A stretch of DNA of 64,000 nt from Candidatus Marinacidobacterales bacterium (GCA_965219415.1 CBDCNP010000002.1:5472001-5536000); one strand, 5' to 3'. Positions 1 to 10,563 are shown, numbered from the stretch's first letter. Notes: generated by a model from the sequence alone, not told the origin. Numbers and translations: made by a program.

Positions 1-572
1 GCCCGGTCGACCTACTCTTGCATGTAGAGCGTATCCAGAGCCTTCACCGTACCGTGGTGCAGACGTTCCATCTCGGCCACCGCCTTGTTCGGCATATCCC
101 GGCACAGCTTGCCCACATGCGTCGCAAAACGCTGGGTGTAGCGCGAGTTGTTCGCCAGCCAGTCTAGGTGTTCTACATGCACACCGCCGCACCCAGAACA
201 GTTGACGCGCCAACGCTCGTATTCCAGATAGATCCGCCAGCCTGCCAACGACAGGTCGCGGACCCGGCACACTTGCTTGTCATAGCGCCCCCGGCACCGT
301 TGCCCACAGTAAGAGCACACAGCTGTTTTTTTCGCCTCTTGAGCTGGATGACACGGGCGTATCGGTCACCGAATAGACCCTTCAATCCGGCACCAACCAC
401 GAAACCTGGCAGCGCAAACAGCGAGCGGATCGACTGGGAATTTTTCACTCGGTTAGCCTATCCTAAAAATGGACCACTTTTCAGCACCTGATGAAGTACT
501 CGATACCTTTTCCACACAATGAGTTACACTGTTTTTCCGTCAGAACTTACCCACACGAATCCGCGTAAACCC
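1..572 (-). mobile_element. ISL3-family element, left end and N-terminal transposase (frameshift at an A7 run, premature stop at 12-14; runs off window)
   Basis: End GGGTTTACGCGG at 572; ORFs 173-448 and 12-320 join across CGAAAAAAACAGC; zinc-finger CSYC...VRDL...CSGC and RYTQRF motifs typical of ISL3; same end recurs at 63040. Confidence 0.8.
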
Positions 573-858
573 TCATAAAGATACAAGGCAAACGCCAATA
601 CCTCTGGCGCGCGGTAGATCAAGATGGTGATGTGCTCGATATCCTCGTCCAGCCTCGCCGTGATCGGAAAGCCGCCAAACGATTCTTCCGCAAGCTGTTG
701 AAGGGGCATGCTCGCTCGCCCTGGCGGCTGGTCACCGACAAGCTGAAAAGCTACAGCGCCGCTCACCGCGAGGTCATGCCCTCCGTCGTCCACGACACCG
801 ACCAGTACAGAAACAATAGAGCCGAAGTCTCGCACGAGCCGACGCGACAACAGGCGAT
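573..858 (+). pseudogene. IS6-family transposase internal fragment
   Basis: Reads KRQYLWRAVDQDGDVLDILVQ...LVTDKLKSY...NNRAEVSHEPTR, IS6 DDE signatures; truncated on both sides. Confidence 0.85.
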
Positions 859-997
859 CTCGGCCTCGAAACCATCTTGCCTTCCAACGACCGCTACTTC
901 ATCGACACCCTACACTTTAGCCTCGTGGGTCACACGTACCTGGCGGAACGCCTGGCACGTCAGCTCGCCAAGTTCGGTGTGCTGTAACCGGGAACGC

Positions 998-1163
998 CGT
1001 CGTGTCCAAAAACACAAACGAACAAGACCCGCGCGCCGGGACGTTTCGGATTAGAGGTGTCTACGGTACTGTCAAGTTTTCCACGGCCTGACGGCCACCC
1101 CGAATGAATGAAACGAGGTAGTCTCTGGAGGTGGCACCGGCTCAAGAGGTCGGCTCAAACGTT
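998..1163 (+). repeat. Stacked ends: end C (CGTCGTGTCCAAAAACACAAACG) followed by an IS6-type end (GGTACTGTCAAGTT at 1065)
   Basis: C recurs at 22230rc, 27461, 28829rc, 37459rc, 40833, 48893, 63933; the IS6-type end recurs inverted at 2767-2780 and 49935-49948. Confidence 0.75.
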
Positions 1164-1312
1164 GGTGCTTCCGCCATCAAGTGTTGCTACGCGGCTACGG
1201 GCAGTGGTACAGGTGCGGAAGAGACCGGGTTGCGCGCCCTACTGAGCAGGAAAACCTCGATCCGCGACCACAAAGGAATCGTCGTCGCCAAGAAGATGTC
1301 TCGAAAGGTGAG
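1164..1312 (+). repeat. Element end A1 (GGTGCTTCCGCCATCAAGTGTTGCTACG), an empty IS110 target
   Basis: Near-identical to 10463-10482 plus 11928-12056 and to 27945-28019rc; truncated by IS256. Confidence 0.85.
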
Positions 1313-2684
1313 GAGCTCTTGTCAATAGGTGTGTAAAAAAGTTCAGGCAGCAGCAACCTTCGACGACTCCGTTACCCTGTCTCCATCTTCAAATCGAACG
1401 TCCAGGTGAACCTCTTGCATCAGCTCCGGTGCGTTGAGCCGGCGAAAATTCTTCTCCGCAACCAGAAGCAGTTTGAAGATTGTCGCAGTGGCGGACTCGA
1501 TTTTCTTGAACCTTTTGGCCGCATCCGTTCTCAATCTCAGTGCAGCGAACGGTGATTCCACGACGTTGCTCGTGCGAAGGTGTTGCCAGTGAGGCTTGGG
1601 AAAGGAATAGAAGCTGACCATCCGCTCCCAGTCCTCGTCGAGCACGTGCGCGGCCCCCGGAAGACCCTTGCGCAAGCACCAATCCTGGAACTTGGCCTTC
1701 TTCGTCTCGCACTCCTGCAGGCTGGTGGCGTAGGGGATCGCCGTCAACAGCGGCTTGGCCTGCGCCTGGTCCCTTTTCGGAATCCGGTCCAGTACGTTGA
1801 GGATTCGGTGGTTCCAGCACCGCTGCTCCTCAGCTTCTGGAAATACGTTTCGGGTCGCGGCCCAGATGCCGAGATGACCGTCACCGATCACCAAACGGGG
1901 ACATCTCAGACCGCGCTTCTTCAGTCTCCGTAGCAGCGACGACCATGACGCTTCGGATTCTCGATGCCTGGCCTCCAGCGTCAGGACGATTTTCGTCCCG
2001 TCGGACAGGCCACCAACCGCAACTAGCACCGCCGCCTTGTCCTTCTCAAGGCCGGCCTTCACGTACACGCCATCTACCCACAGGGACACGAGCTCGAGTT
2101 CGTCCAGTGGGCGAGCTAGCCACTGCTCGTACTCTCCCTGCCATTTCTGTTTCAGCCGCGACACCGTGCTGGGAGAAAGTGGAGCGTCCTCCCCTAGAAG
2201 CCCGCGGAGCGCCAGATCGAAATCTCCGTGAGCTAATCCATGCAGGTACAGCTCCGGAATCAACTCGCTCACCGTTTCGCTCCGACGCTTGAACAGCGGA
2301 AGCACTCGACTTTCGAACCTCTCCTCCACGTCCCGTACTCTCGGCCGGCGAACCGTCACTGTGCCCACGCTCATCGTCAGCTTCCGAGGCTTACCGTATC
2401 CATTTCGATAGCCCGCCGTTGTGTCCACGGGCTTCCGTCTCTCCGATTTCTCACGCCCGAGAAGCTCCGTGACTTCGGCTACCATCAGCTCCTGCACCCA
2501 ATCCTGGATCTCGAGCCTCGCCCACTTCTCCAGCGACTCCCAAGCCACCCTTGACGAGCTCCGTCGTCCTGTGGTCTTTTCCTTCATGGCGGTGTCTCCT
2601 TCCGTTGGCCCCTTCAGGCCGTGTTTCGTGACGCGGAAGGTTACTCCGCCTTTACTTTATTTCCACACCTTCTGAGGGTAGCTC
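1313..2684 (-). mobile_element. IS256-family insertion sequence
   Basis: Imperfect IRs GAGCTCTTGTCAATAGGTGTGTAAA / GAGCTACCCTCAGAAGGTGTGGAAA enclosing a full transposase; no matching TSD seen. Confidence 0.85.
1343..2587 (-). CDS. IS256-family (Mutator-type) transposase, 414 aa
   Basis: YRNGY, RPRVR, WVDG, IGDGHLG, QRCWNH, RTSNVVES motifs. Confidence 0.93.
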   Translation of the reverse strand: MKEKTTGRRSSSRVAWESLEKWARLEIQDWVQELMVAEVTELLGREKSERRKPVDTTAGYRNGYGKPRKLTMSVGTVTVRRPRVRDVEERFESRVLPLFKRRSETVSELIPELYLHGLAHGDFDLALRGLLGEDAPLSPSTVSRLKQKWQGEYEQWLARPLDELELVSLWVDGVYVKAGLEKDKAAVLVAVGGLSDGTKIVLTLEARHRESEASWSSLLRRLKKRGLRCPRLVIGDGHLGIWAATRNVFPEAEEQRCWNHRILNVLDRIPKRDQAQAKPLLTAIPYATSLQECETKKAKFQDWCLRKGLPGAAHVLDEDWERMVSFYSFPKPHWQHLRTSNVVESPFAALRLRTDAAKRFKKIESATATIFKLLLVAEKNFRRLNAPELMQEVHLDVRFEDGDRVTESSKVAAA

Positions 2685-2857
2685 TCGATCATCCGACCGC
2701 AAGATGTTGGCAACGCGGTGCGCTCAAGTCCCATTATCCAGCGGCCCGCTCCGAACTCGAGACCTGAACTTGACGGTACCAGCATTGTAGCTCTTGGGGA
2801 TTGACAGCGCTTTCGTCCGTGCGAAGAATGAGTCTCTTAGGAAAGGAGAGAAGGGTG

Positions 2858-4393
2858 ATGGCGAACGACGAAGTGGGGGTCGCGCGCCGTTACCACGAGC
2901 AAACGAAGCACAGCCCAGAGAGCGTGCGGCGTGACCGGCACTTTCTCGACTGGGACAATCAACCCCTGCCGTTCAAGCTTTATCGTGGGCTCGAAGAGGT
3001 GCCGCTTCCGTCGGTCGAGGCTCGCCCAGGACCCGCGGCCCTCCACGCACTACTAGAAAGTGCGGAGGGGGCGATTGAGTCGCTGACTCTGGAGTCGCTC
3101 TCCCGTGAGCTTTTCTACACGGCGGGTGTGACGAAGCGACTGCGTCATGCCCGCGGAGAGATGGCGTTTCGGGCGGCCGCCTGCACCGGCGCTCTCTATC
3201 ACGTCGAGTTGTACGTCGCGATCGGCGAGGTCACGGGGCTCGACGCCGGTCTCTATCACTACGGACCGACGCAGCAGGTCCTGTCCCTTCTTCGTCCCGG
3301 TGATTGGCGAGCACACCTGGCCGAGGCGACGGGGGACGAGCTACACGTCGCAGTGGCGGAGGCTGTCCTCGTACTCACGACGACGTTTTGGCGCAACGCC
3401 TGGAAGTACCAGGCGCGCGCCTACCGCCACGCGTTCTGGGACAGCGGGACGATGATTGCGAATCTTTTCGCGGAGCCAGGCTCCCTCGCGCTCGCTCATC
3501 ATCTGGTTGTCGGTTTCGCTGAGCCACCGGTGAATGCGCTCTTGGACGTCGATCCCGCCAAAGAAGCGACGGTGGCCCTCGTTGCTATCGGCGAGAGTCG
3601 CACCGCAGCGCCTCCCGTTCCTTCAGCTCCGGAGCCTCTGGGCTACGCGACGGAGCCTCTGTCTCCGAGTGAGGTGGACTATCCGCTCATCCAAGAAATG
3701 CATGAAGCCTCGTCGCTTGCGAACGGAGTGGAGGCTCGCCTTTGGCGCGAGCGCGCGACCTCGTCCTCCCATGATACGACAGAGAGCGGACTACTCGTCC
3801 CATTGGGATCGGACGCTCAAGCTTCCGATTCGCTCGAGCAGGTGATCCTAAGGCGTGGCTCGTCGCGACGCTTCGAGCGGGCGCCGATCGAAAAAGAAGC
3901 ACTTGCGACGGTTCTGCACGCGGCGTTCCAGCGCGTTCCAGCGGACGCGCTCGCCCTCAAGACGACGTTGTGCGACGCCTACGTGATCGTCAATAGCGTG
4001 AAGGGTCTCTCCTCCGGCGCCTATATCTATCACCCGGAATCGAAATCTCTCGAGCTTCTCCGCGAGGGAGATCTTCGATCGCAGGCGCGCTTCCTCGATC
4101 TCGAACAGGATCTCGCCGGCGACGCGGCCGTCAATGTCTACCTGCTCGTCGATCTGGAACCGGTCCTTGGGCGGTGGGGCAACCGGGGATACCGCGTGGC
4201 TCAAATCGAAGGAGGGATTCTCGGGGGGAGGATGTACCTGTCGGCCTATGCGCTCGGTTTAGGGGCCAGCGGCCTCACCTTTTACGACGACGCGGTCACG
4301 AGCTTTTTTTCGCCCCACGCCGACGGGAAGTCGGTCATGTTTCTGACCGCCATCGGCATTCCCATGAAACGTCGGGCGCTTTTCCAGGCCTAA
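2858..4393 (+). CDS. SagB/ThcOx-family dehydrogenase with two nitroreductase-like domains
   Basis: YHEQTKH, RAAACTGALYHVELY, WKYQARAYRH..WDSG, second domain RRGSSRRF and RGYRVAQIEGG; ATG 2858 after GGAGAG. Confidence 0.85.
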   Translation: MANDEVGVARRYHEQTKHSPESVRRDRHFLDWDNQPLPFKLYRGLEEVPLPSVEARPGPAALHALLESAEGAIESLTLESLSRELFYTAGVTKRLRHARGEMAFRAAACTGALYHVELYVAIGEVTGLDAGLYHYGPTQQVLSLLRPGDWRAHLAEATGDELHVAVAEAVLVLTTTFWRNAWKYQARAYRHAFWDSGTMIANLFAEPGSLALAHHLVVGFAEPPVNALLDVDPAKEATVALVAIGESRTAAPPVPSAPEPLGYATEPLSPSEVDYPLIQEMHEASSLANGVEARLWRERATSSSHDTTESGLLVPLGSDAQASDSLEQVILRRGSSRRFERAPIEKEALATVLHAAFQRVPADALALKTTLCDAYVIVNSVKGLSSGAYIYHPESKSLELLREGDLRSQARFLDLEQDLAGDAAVNVYLLVDLEPVLGRWGNRGYRVAQIEGGILGGRMYLSAYALGLGASGLTFYDDAVTSFFSPHADGKSVMFLTAIGIPMKRRALFQA

Positions 4394-4482
4394 CACGTGA
4401 TCGGCCACGACCCGGCGAGCGCGCACTAGCAGGGTGCTGAAAAATGCATCTGCACCCCGCGCGAGCGGCAGCCGCAATATCT

Positions 4483-4745
4483 GGTGCTTCCGCCATTAAG
4501 TGTTGGTGAGATGACGCTAAGACTTTACGGTGCATTAAATTACTGCCTTGGTGTACAACTCGCGATCTCGGTCCACAATTGTCCTGTACTCGCGGATACG
4601 AGGTTCCCCATGAGCATTTTCAAACGCACTCAGCGGAAGTATGTGAAGAAGGCCTATCGCGTGAGGAATTGGCGTGAATATGAGACGGGTGTGCCTTCTA
4701 TTTATTCATCCGCGCGCCCCGAACTTGATTAATCTCTGGTCTGCC
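4483..4745 (+). repeat. Nested remnants: end A2 (4483), IS5 left-end fragment (4544-4689), end F (4690)
   Basis: Each part matches longer copies elsewhere (38031, 22279, 52179). Confidence 0.85.
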
Positions 4746-4859
4746 GGCGGTGCGTGACGCTTCGCAGCGGAGCACGACGCAGCGCGTCGGGAACGTCGAA
4801 CAGCCCCCGCAAGTAATCAACTGCGGCATCTGTCCATTCAATGCAGCAGCAAATTCATC

Positions 4860-5353
4860 TTAGTCGCTCAGCGGCGCGATCGTGCCGTACATGAGCCCAC
4901 CGTACTCGCCGTGCTGCCAGCTGCCAGCGTACCGTTCCGCGTAAAACATGACCCGCGCCGTGAAGGTACCGTCGAGCCCTGGGATGACCATGTCCGTAAT
5001 GGTGACTATGGGGGTATCACCCGCCCACCGGATGGGCACGACGACCGGCAGCGTCATGTCGACACTCCCGTAGGTCATGTGAACGTCGAACCGCCAACGG
5101 TGCTCGCCGACCTTTGCCACTCTGGTGATCTCGTAGCGTTCCGGCTTGTCGTCGCGACGCTCACGGCCTTTGAGCGTGTAGTGGCCGGTAAGCACCACGT
5201 TCTGCATCCGCTCGGCGCGAACCCCCGCTCGAGTTCCGAGAGTGACTCCAGGGGGATGGCTTGACCGGTGCCGGTGATCGCGACGAGCCACCCGGCCCCG
5301 AACGCCACGACTAGTGCGGCAATGCCAAGGGCAATCTTCAGCAATGAGCGCAT
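4860..5353 (-). pseudogene. Membrane-anchored hypothetical protein split by a 2-bp insertion near 5215
   Basis: N-terminal TM ORF MRSLLKIALG...ELERGFA continues in another frame as ERMQNVVLTGHY...WAGDTP...YAGSWQHG. Confidence 0.65.
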
Positions 5354-5451
5354 GGCCGGATTATAGGCGATCCGCGCCGGGCTGGCCGAAGGTGGAGATC
5401 AGACCGGCTGTCGTCCGCAATAAAGAAGATCGCAACTCGCTGCCCAGTCGG

Positions 5452-5516
5452 AAACACAGACACTAAGCTGCTGATTTATGGTCTATTTCAAATGGGCCGA
5501 GTTTTGGCACAGGACG
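5452..5516 (+). repeat. Element end B (...GAGTTTTGGCACAGGACG)
   Basis: Recurs ending at 39316, 40618, 43493, 49910, 57382, 63585 and inverted at 52269, 63268, 63838. Confidence 0.85.
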
Positions 5517-5620
5517 GGAGAAAGCTCAGCCCGGACATGATCCGGCAACGTCTGCAGAGCTCCGAACTCACCTGCTCGCCCCTTAAGCACTGGTACGTAC
5601 ATGTCGCAACCACCTTTAGG

Positions 5621-6706
5621 CTAGAGATCGCCCCAGTCCACCGTTGCCTTGAGATCGTTGCACTCCTCGCGCCGGATTGCACCATCATGCTGCAGTCGCC
5701 CGACCACGATTCCTGGAGAGATTCTTAGCTCATACGCGAACCAACGAATCGCGGTGCAACTTCTGGCAGGTCGCCTAATAAAACTTTTGTACTGCCGAGG
5801 CGGAATCAAGAAATCACGCGCGAACTGGTTGGCCTCCTCTTCCTTCTGGCTCTCACCATCTTCTGCTTCAATGAACACTTCTCGTTTTCCATGAAGAAGC
5901 AGATGCCCCGCTTCGTGGAACAGCGTGAACCAAAAATGATCATCAGTCTTGTACCGAAGACTCAGCTGGATCATGGCTTTCGTCGAGGTCAACCATTGCG
6001 TTGCTCCCCAGACACGCGTCTTCGGCAATTCAGGCACGAACACTAGAGCTACGCCTGCCTCACAGAAGCGAAGCTGAAGCTCGCGTTGAAAACCATGCTT
6101 TAGTTCCCGGGTTACCACACGAACGGAGTGAAGCAATTTTCGGAACCGGACGGCGTCAAAGCCACTGCACTGAATACTTTGTGCTTCAAGTTCCCCTTGG
6201 CGCAGCCAGGCCGCAAGCGCGAATCGATTGGCCTGAAATGCTTTTGAACGATGGAAGGATGTTTCGCTAGTCCACAGGTCTTGCCATGATTCAGGCGATG
6301 CCACACCAAAGAACGACAAGAGCACACTGGCTTGTTCGGAAACACCCCGTACGTCCTTGATCCACCCCCGATTAACGATCGCGCGGTATGGAAACTGACG
6401 GACCCAACTGCCATAGGTCCCGAGTGCTTCTGCTTCTCGCTGTCGTGCCAAGGTTTCCCGATAGTTGCGCTCTCGGGCGTTCCAGAAGGATGTAGGAACA
6501 CGCAGTACTCTCTCCAGTTGCAGTGCCGTCTCAGGCGTGAGGGCGGCCTTCCCCTGAACAATCTCATTGATCGTCTTCTTGGGGCGGCCAGTACGTTCAG
6601 CGAGTTCGGCCTGCGACATGCCTCGTTCCTCCAAGAGCTCCTGGAGAGTCTCGCCAGGCGGAGACACGGACGTCGGTGCGTACTGGTTGATGTGAGATTC
6701 AGTCAT
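5621..6706 (-). CDS. higA: HigA-type XRE-HTH antitoxin fused to an ImmA/IrrE metallopeptidase domain
   Basis: PPGETL..GMSQAELAERTG..TINEI HTH; FWFTLFHEAGH (HExxH) and EEEANQFA; overlaps the upstream toxin. Confidence 0.88.
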   Translation of the reverse strand: MTESHINQYAPTSVSPPGETLQELLEERGMSQAELAERTGRPKKTINEIVQGKAALTPETALQLERVLRVPTSFWNARERNYRETLARQREAEALGTYGSWVRQFPYRAIVNRGWIKDVRGVSEQASVLLSFFGVASPESWQDLWTSETSFHRSKAFQANRFALAAWLRQGELEAQSIQCSGFDAVRFRKLLHSVRVVTRELKHGFQRELQLRFCEAGVALVFVPELPKTRVWGATQWLTSTKAMIQLSLRYKTDDHFWFTLFHEAGHLLLHGKREVFIEAEDGESQKEEEANQFARDFLIPPRQYKSFIRRPARSCTAIRWFAYELRISPGIVVGRLQHDGAIRREECNDLKATVDWGDL

Positions 6707-7034
6707 GAGTGTCGGTCACCTCAACTATTGCGACTGCTGTCACCAAATTCCAGTCGAGCCCCCCGTCTGGCTTCAAAGGGAGCGGCGAGTGAGCCGGTCG
6801 AAAAATGAGTCGATTCGGTTCATCGAGATCGAGCGAGATCTGGTTCGCCCGATTTCCCTTCAGCTCGTGGCAGCGTCCTGGCAACGTTCGCATCACACTG
6901 AGAGTCGGGGCTGCCGCAAGGTCGTCCAGACGACGACGAATGAGCTTGGCGCGCTGCCGGTTAAGGCGTTTGATTAGCTGGCGATCGTCGTTGCATAGCT
7001 TGCCGAGCTTGTCGTCTTCGAATTCGATATCCAC
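6699..7034 (-). CDS. higB: HigB/RelE-family toxin
   Basis: MDIEF..RRLDDLAAA..PGRCHELKGNR..SLDL..RLIF..EVTDTH; toxin-first order upstream of HigA. Confidence 0.85.
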   Translation of the reverse strand: MDIEFEDDKLGKLCNDDRQLIKRLNRQRAKLIRRRLDDLAAAPTLSVMRTLPGRCHELKGNRANQISLDLDEPNRLIFRPAHSPLPLKPDGGLDWNLVTAVAIVEVTDTHD

Positions 7035-7040
7035 TGGAGA

Positions 7041-7072
7041 ATATGTTAACGTAAAAGGTTAACATATATCAA
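7041..7072 (-). promoter_or_regulatory. higBA promoter with palindromic operator
   Basis: ATATGTTAAC-N7-GTTAACATAT (7041-7067); minus strand TTGATA-N18-TAACAT lies 8 nt before the GTG start. Confidence 0.7.
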
Positions 7073-7140
7073 TCCTTCTGACCGCTCGCGTCGGTCACAG
7101 CGAATCACATCCCCCGCAGCGTTGCCGCTACGGTTTGGAG

Positions 7141-8065
7141 TTATTCGCCCGAGGCCGTGGCCGTCGCCGTCGCTTGATCCAGGTAACGCGCCCAATCCTC
7201 CATAAGCCGCCGTCGAAGTTCGAACAAGTCGGTTCGGCGGTACGCTGCCTCGACCCGGTCCTTAAGCGTGTGAGCCAAGGCCGCTTCGCAGACCTCGCGC
7301 GAGTAGTTCGTGCACTCGGCGCTCCAGACCCGGAACGACGACCGAAACCCGTGCGGCGTGCAGTCGGTCCGCTTCATGCGCCGCAGGACCATGTGGAACA
7401 CCATGTTCGACAGCGGCTCACCGACCCTCCGGCTCGGGAAGACATATGGCCCACCGTCGCTCCGCTGCCGGGCTTCCTCAAGAATCTCCACGCACCGCGC
7501 CGCCAGGGGCACGCGGTGCGCCCGCTCCGCCTTCATCCGCTCGGCCGGCACCGTCCAGGACTTGGCCCCCAGGTCGACCTCGTCCCACGTCGCCAGCAAC
7601 ACTTCGCTCGTGCGTGCGGCCGTCAGAATGAGAAATTCGACCGCGAGCCGAACCTCCTTGCCGACATGGGCGTCCCGAAGCTCCGCAATGAAGCCGGGCA
7701 CCTCGGGGTAGGGCATCGACTTGAAGTGATTTCCTTCTCCCCGCCGGCGGTTTGCCGGCAACGACTGTGCCGACCTTCGAGGAGGCGGCGCGGGAAGTCC
7801 ACCGATCGCGGGCCGCGACGTTTCGGAACGAGGAGCACGCGGCACAGTGGATCGGGACGCTCGAGAAGCACGTGTTTCTGGTCTTCGGTTCTCAGCGATT
7901 GGACCGGATCGAGTCGGGCGACGTGCTGACGGCGTTGTCGCCGATCTGGGTCGAGCGGCCGGAGACGGCACGCCGGGTGCGGCAGCGAATCCGGACGGTA
8001 TTGGACTGGGCCAAGGCGAAGAACTTCCGAACCGGCGAAAATCCGGTCGAGGGGACCATCGAGGC
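7141..8065 (-). pseudogene. P4-like tyrosine integrase: catalytic half on minus (7141-7763), core-binding half inverted onto plus (7764-8065), N-terminus missing
   Basis: LTAARTSE, HGFRSSF, ALAH..AAY on minus; PTFEEAA..PETARRVRQRI..ENPVEG on plus. Confidence 0.85.
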
Positions 8066-8485
8066 CCCCCGGTCAGCACCCGCTCCCCATTTGGCGCAAA
8101 CGTGTCCCTCGAAAATCGAGATTAGAGACCAAATCCGAAAATGAGGCCCGTTCAGCCCTTCTGGCGCGTCTCTGGTGACACCTATCCCTGGAAAACCTCG
8201 CCAACCGCGCGGAAAACCTCACCTGTCTCTGCAGTGCCACAATTTGCCGGACTGGGTGGCGGATGGTGCAGTCTGGAGCTATCCGGTCTTCACTGGAAAC
8301 CACCAAAACAGGGAATTTGGGCCATTTTTGTGCTGATTGGGCTGTTTTCTCACGTGCTAACCTTCCAGGTTTCAAATGGTTAGCAGGCAATTCCCTGTTC
8401 TGCAAGAACAGGGAATTTGAGATGTTCGATCAGGGAATCGCTCCGGGACGAACAGGCAATTGAGATGACCGATCAGGGAAGTGCC
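8066..8485. repeat. Repeat D, probable element end, followed by clustered CAGGGAA motifs
   Basis: Homologous to 27750-27943 and 29139-29320rc; AACAGGGAATT-like motifs in both orientations at about 8307-8480. Confidence 0.65.
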
Positions 8486-8516
8486 ACGAGCAGCACATGA
8501 GCAGCACATGACGGGT

Positions 8517-9632
8517 TCAATTCGAGCACACAAGCGGCGCCTCATACTCTAGCGCGAGCAGCCGGAAGTAGTTCTCGCCGAGGGCGATGTTCCGGAAGGC
8601 AGCGTCGCTCAGATGGCGATTGATGCGACTCGTGACCTCCAGCTCCCTTCGGTAGACGTCGAGAGCCTTGTCCCGCGACGCCAGGAAGTCCGTTCCAGGT
8701 AGAATCCGGTCGGAGTAGGCGTTCAGGAAAGGCACATACACCGCCCGATCTTCCGGGGTCGCGAAGTAGGCGTCGTCAATCACCCGCCAGGACAGGTCCA
8801 GCATCAGGTTCGAATAGCGTTCCAGCATCGACATCATCAGCTCAACGTGCCAAGCGGCGTCCATGGCGGTGAGTTCACGCGACAGTCCCATGTGGACCCA
8901 GACGATCGCGTTCTCGGGATACAGGCGCAGCACCTCCTCCATCAGCGGCAGGTATCGGGTCGGGGCGTCGTCGTTTCCTAGGTCTGCATGGATGGCGAGC
9001 GGCATGCCGCGCGCCCGCAACGCCTCCATGAAGGGAGCCCAGTCGCTGATGGTGGCTGGCGGGACCGGCTCGTGCCCGCTGTCGAACAGCGCCTGCTTCA
9101 CGAGGTTGACTTCACCCATCCACGTGAAGGCGCCGGGGTATTCTTGCTCCAGGAGTTGCATCCCGGAGAGGACCGACGCAGGCTGCGACAGGTCCGGGAA
9201 CGTCATCGAGAGCGTCAGGTGAGTGTCAGCCGGTGCCTTCGTCATGTAGTTGGCGGCGTTGACGAAGTCGTTCTTCAGCGTCGGCGTCACCGGCGTGCCG
9301 GGGCAGTCCAGGTAGTAGGTGCAGGAGGAGGTTACTGGGAGCATCTGGCCGATGCCATAGACGTTGGCGAACAAGACACCGGTCTCCTCGAAGTACTGCA
9401 GGACTTCCTCGAACGGGATGGCGGGGCCGCCGAACGGACGGAAGTGCACGTGGGTGTCGACCACTGAGGTCTGAGGCTGCACGGAGCGGTCGTAGCACGG
9501 AGCGTCGCCGCTTCGGAACATCTCCAGCGTCAGCCCCGGGGATGCGTCGATGGTCGTCGCGCTCTGCCAAGTGCAGCCGATGGCACCTGACAGGCTCAGT
9601 GTCATGAGCAACAGAAGAGGGCTTTGGTGCAT
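8517..9632 (-). CDS. Amidohydrolase-family TIM-barrel metallohydrolase, probably exported
   Basis: VVDTHVHF, MGEVN, AIHAD, WVHMG, PGTDF; hydrophobic leader ending AIGC; start uncertain (ORF opens at 9752). Confidence 0.8.
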   Translation of the reverse strand: MHQSPLLLLMTLSLSGAIGCTWQSATTIDASPGLTLEMFRSGDAPCYDRSVQPQTSVVDTHVHFRPFGGPAIPFEEVLQYFEETGVLFANVYGIGQMLPVTSSCTYYLDCPGTPVTPTLKNDFVNAANYMTKAPADTHLTLSMTFPDLSQPASVLSGMQLLEQEYPGAFTWMGEVNLVKQALFDSGHEPVPPATISDWAPFMEALRARGMPLAIHADLGNDDAPTRYLPLMEEVLRLYPENAIVWVHMGLSRELTAMDAAWHVELMMSMLERYSNLMLDLSWRVIDDAYFATPEDRAVYVPFLNAYSDRILPGTDFLASRDKALDVYRRELEVTSRINRHLSDAAFRNIALGENYFRLLALEYEAPLVCSN

Positions 9633-10563
9633 GGACCCAAGAAGTATAATGTGATGGCTTTGAAAATAGTACGTCAAGTGTGCGCGATGACATCCTTTAT
9701 TGGGCGCGATGGCGTTCGTCGGCACATGCAGGTCAACTAACATAGCATTCAAAGGCCTCCAACGCCCCGCAGCACCGGTGTCGAGTTTGATTTCGAGCTC
9801 GCGCCGACCCGCAATTTCGACTTTGCCATTTCACGAGCTTCAACAACTCCCAGATGCAATCCACCGTGCAGCCAACCTCGGCAACGAGAATCCTGGAGGG
9901 GCGGCGGCTACCGACCGTGCCCCAGTTCCAGTTCGCCGCCATCGGCCACCTACCAGTGGCAGACGGGGAGTCGGTACCCTACGTGACCGCTAGTTGCCAG
10001 CACGTCGGCGAGCCCGTCCGCGAGGGCATCGACTGGCGCAGGCCCCCCCCGCGATGGCTTGCCGCGCATCGACCTCGGGGACCTCCCGGTCGCCATCCAC
10101 GACCGCTCCATGTGGAGCGTGCGACGCTTGGTGCACACCCGCATCCTCACGAGCCTTCGCACCTGCTCCAGCCGAAGCGTGCGCTACAACGGCCACCGCG
10201 TCGCGACCAAGAGGTACAGTGAGGCCACAAGGTGCGCCGCCGACCACGGAACGACGTTCACTTCGAGTGGTTCGTTCGGCATCATGTCTGCCGACCGCCC
10301 ACGCCGCTCGCGGAACTCGCCGCCGGGGCGGGTGCCACGAATCATCACGTCAGCAGAATCGTCTGGCCGGCACGCTCGATCTCTCTGTTCGGTCATACGC
10401 TCTCACATAGTCGGTTCAAGATCCGAGTCCGTGGCAGCATGCACCAATAATATGAATATTGAGGTGCTTCCGCCATCAAGTGATGGAATGGACTCCTCCA
10501 CTGACATAGACGGCATCGATGTGCCAAAGTCAGTCGAATACGCATCGAAAAGGAGGAGTCCGA

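Noticed and set aside
2858-4393. Azole-RiPP (TOMM) cluster
   Set aside because: No YcaO, precursor peptide or transporter nearby; stand-alone SagB-type genes are common
7141-8079. The 312-aa minus ORF as an intact integrase
   Set aside because: Its N-terminal third is the antisense of the inverted segment
8250-8290. tRNA 3'-end or attR in repeat D (TGGCGGATGG..)
   Set aside because: No TTCGAA T-loop complement or acceptor stem, so it cannot be supported as tRNA
9760-10460. Overlapping short ORFs
   Set aside because: No recognisable motif or RBS; probably shadow ORFs or decayed sequence
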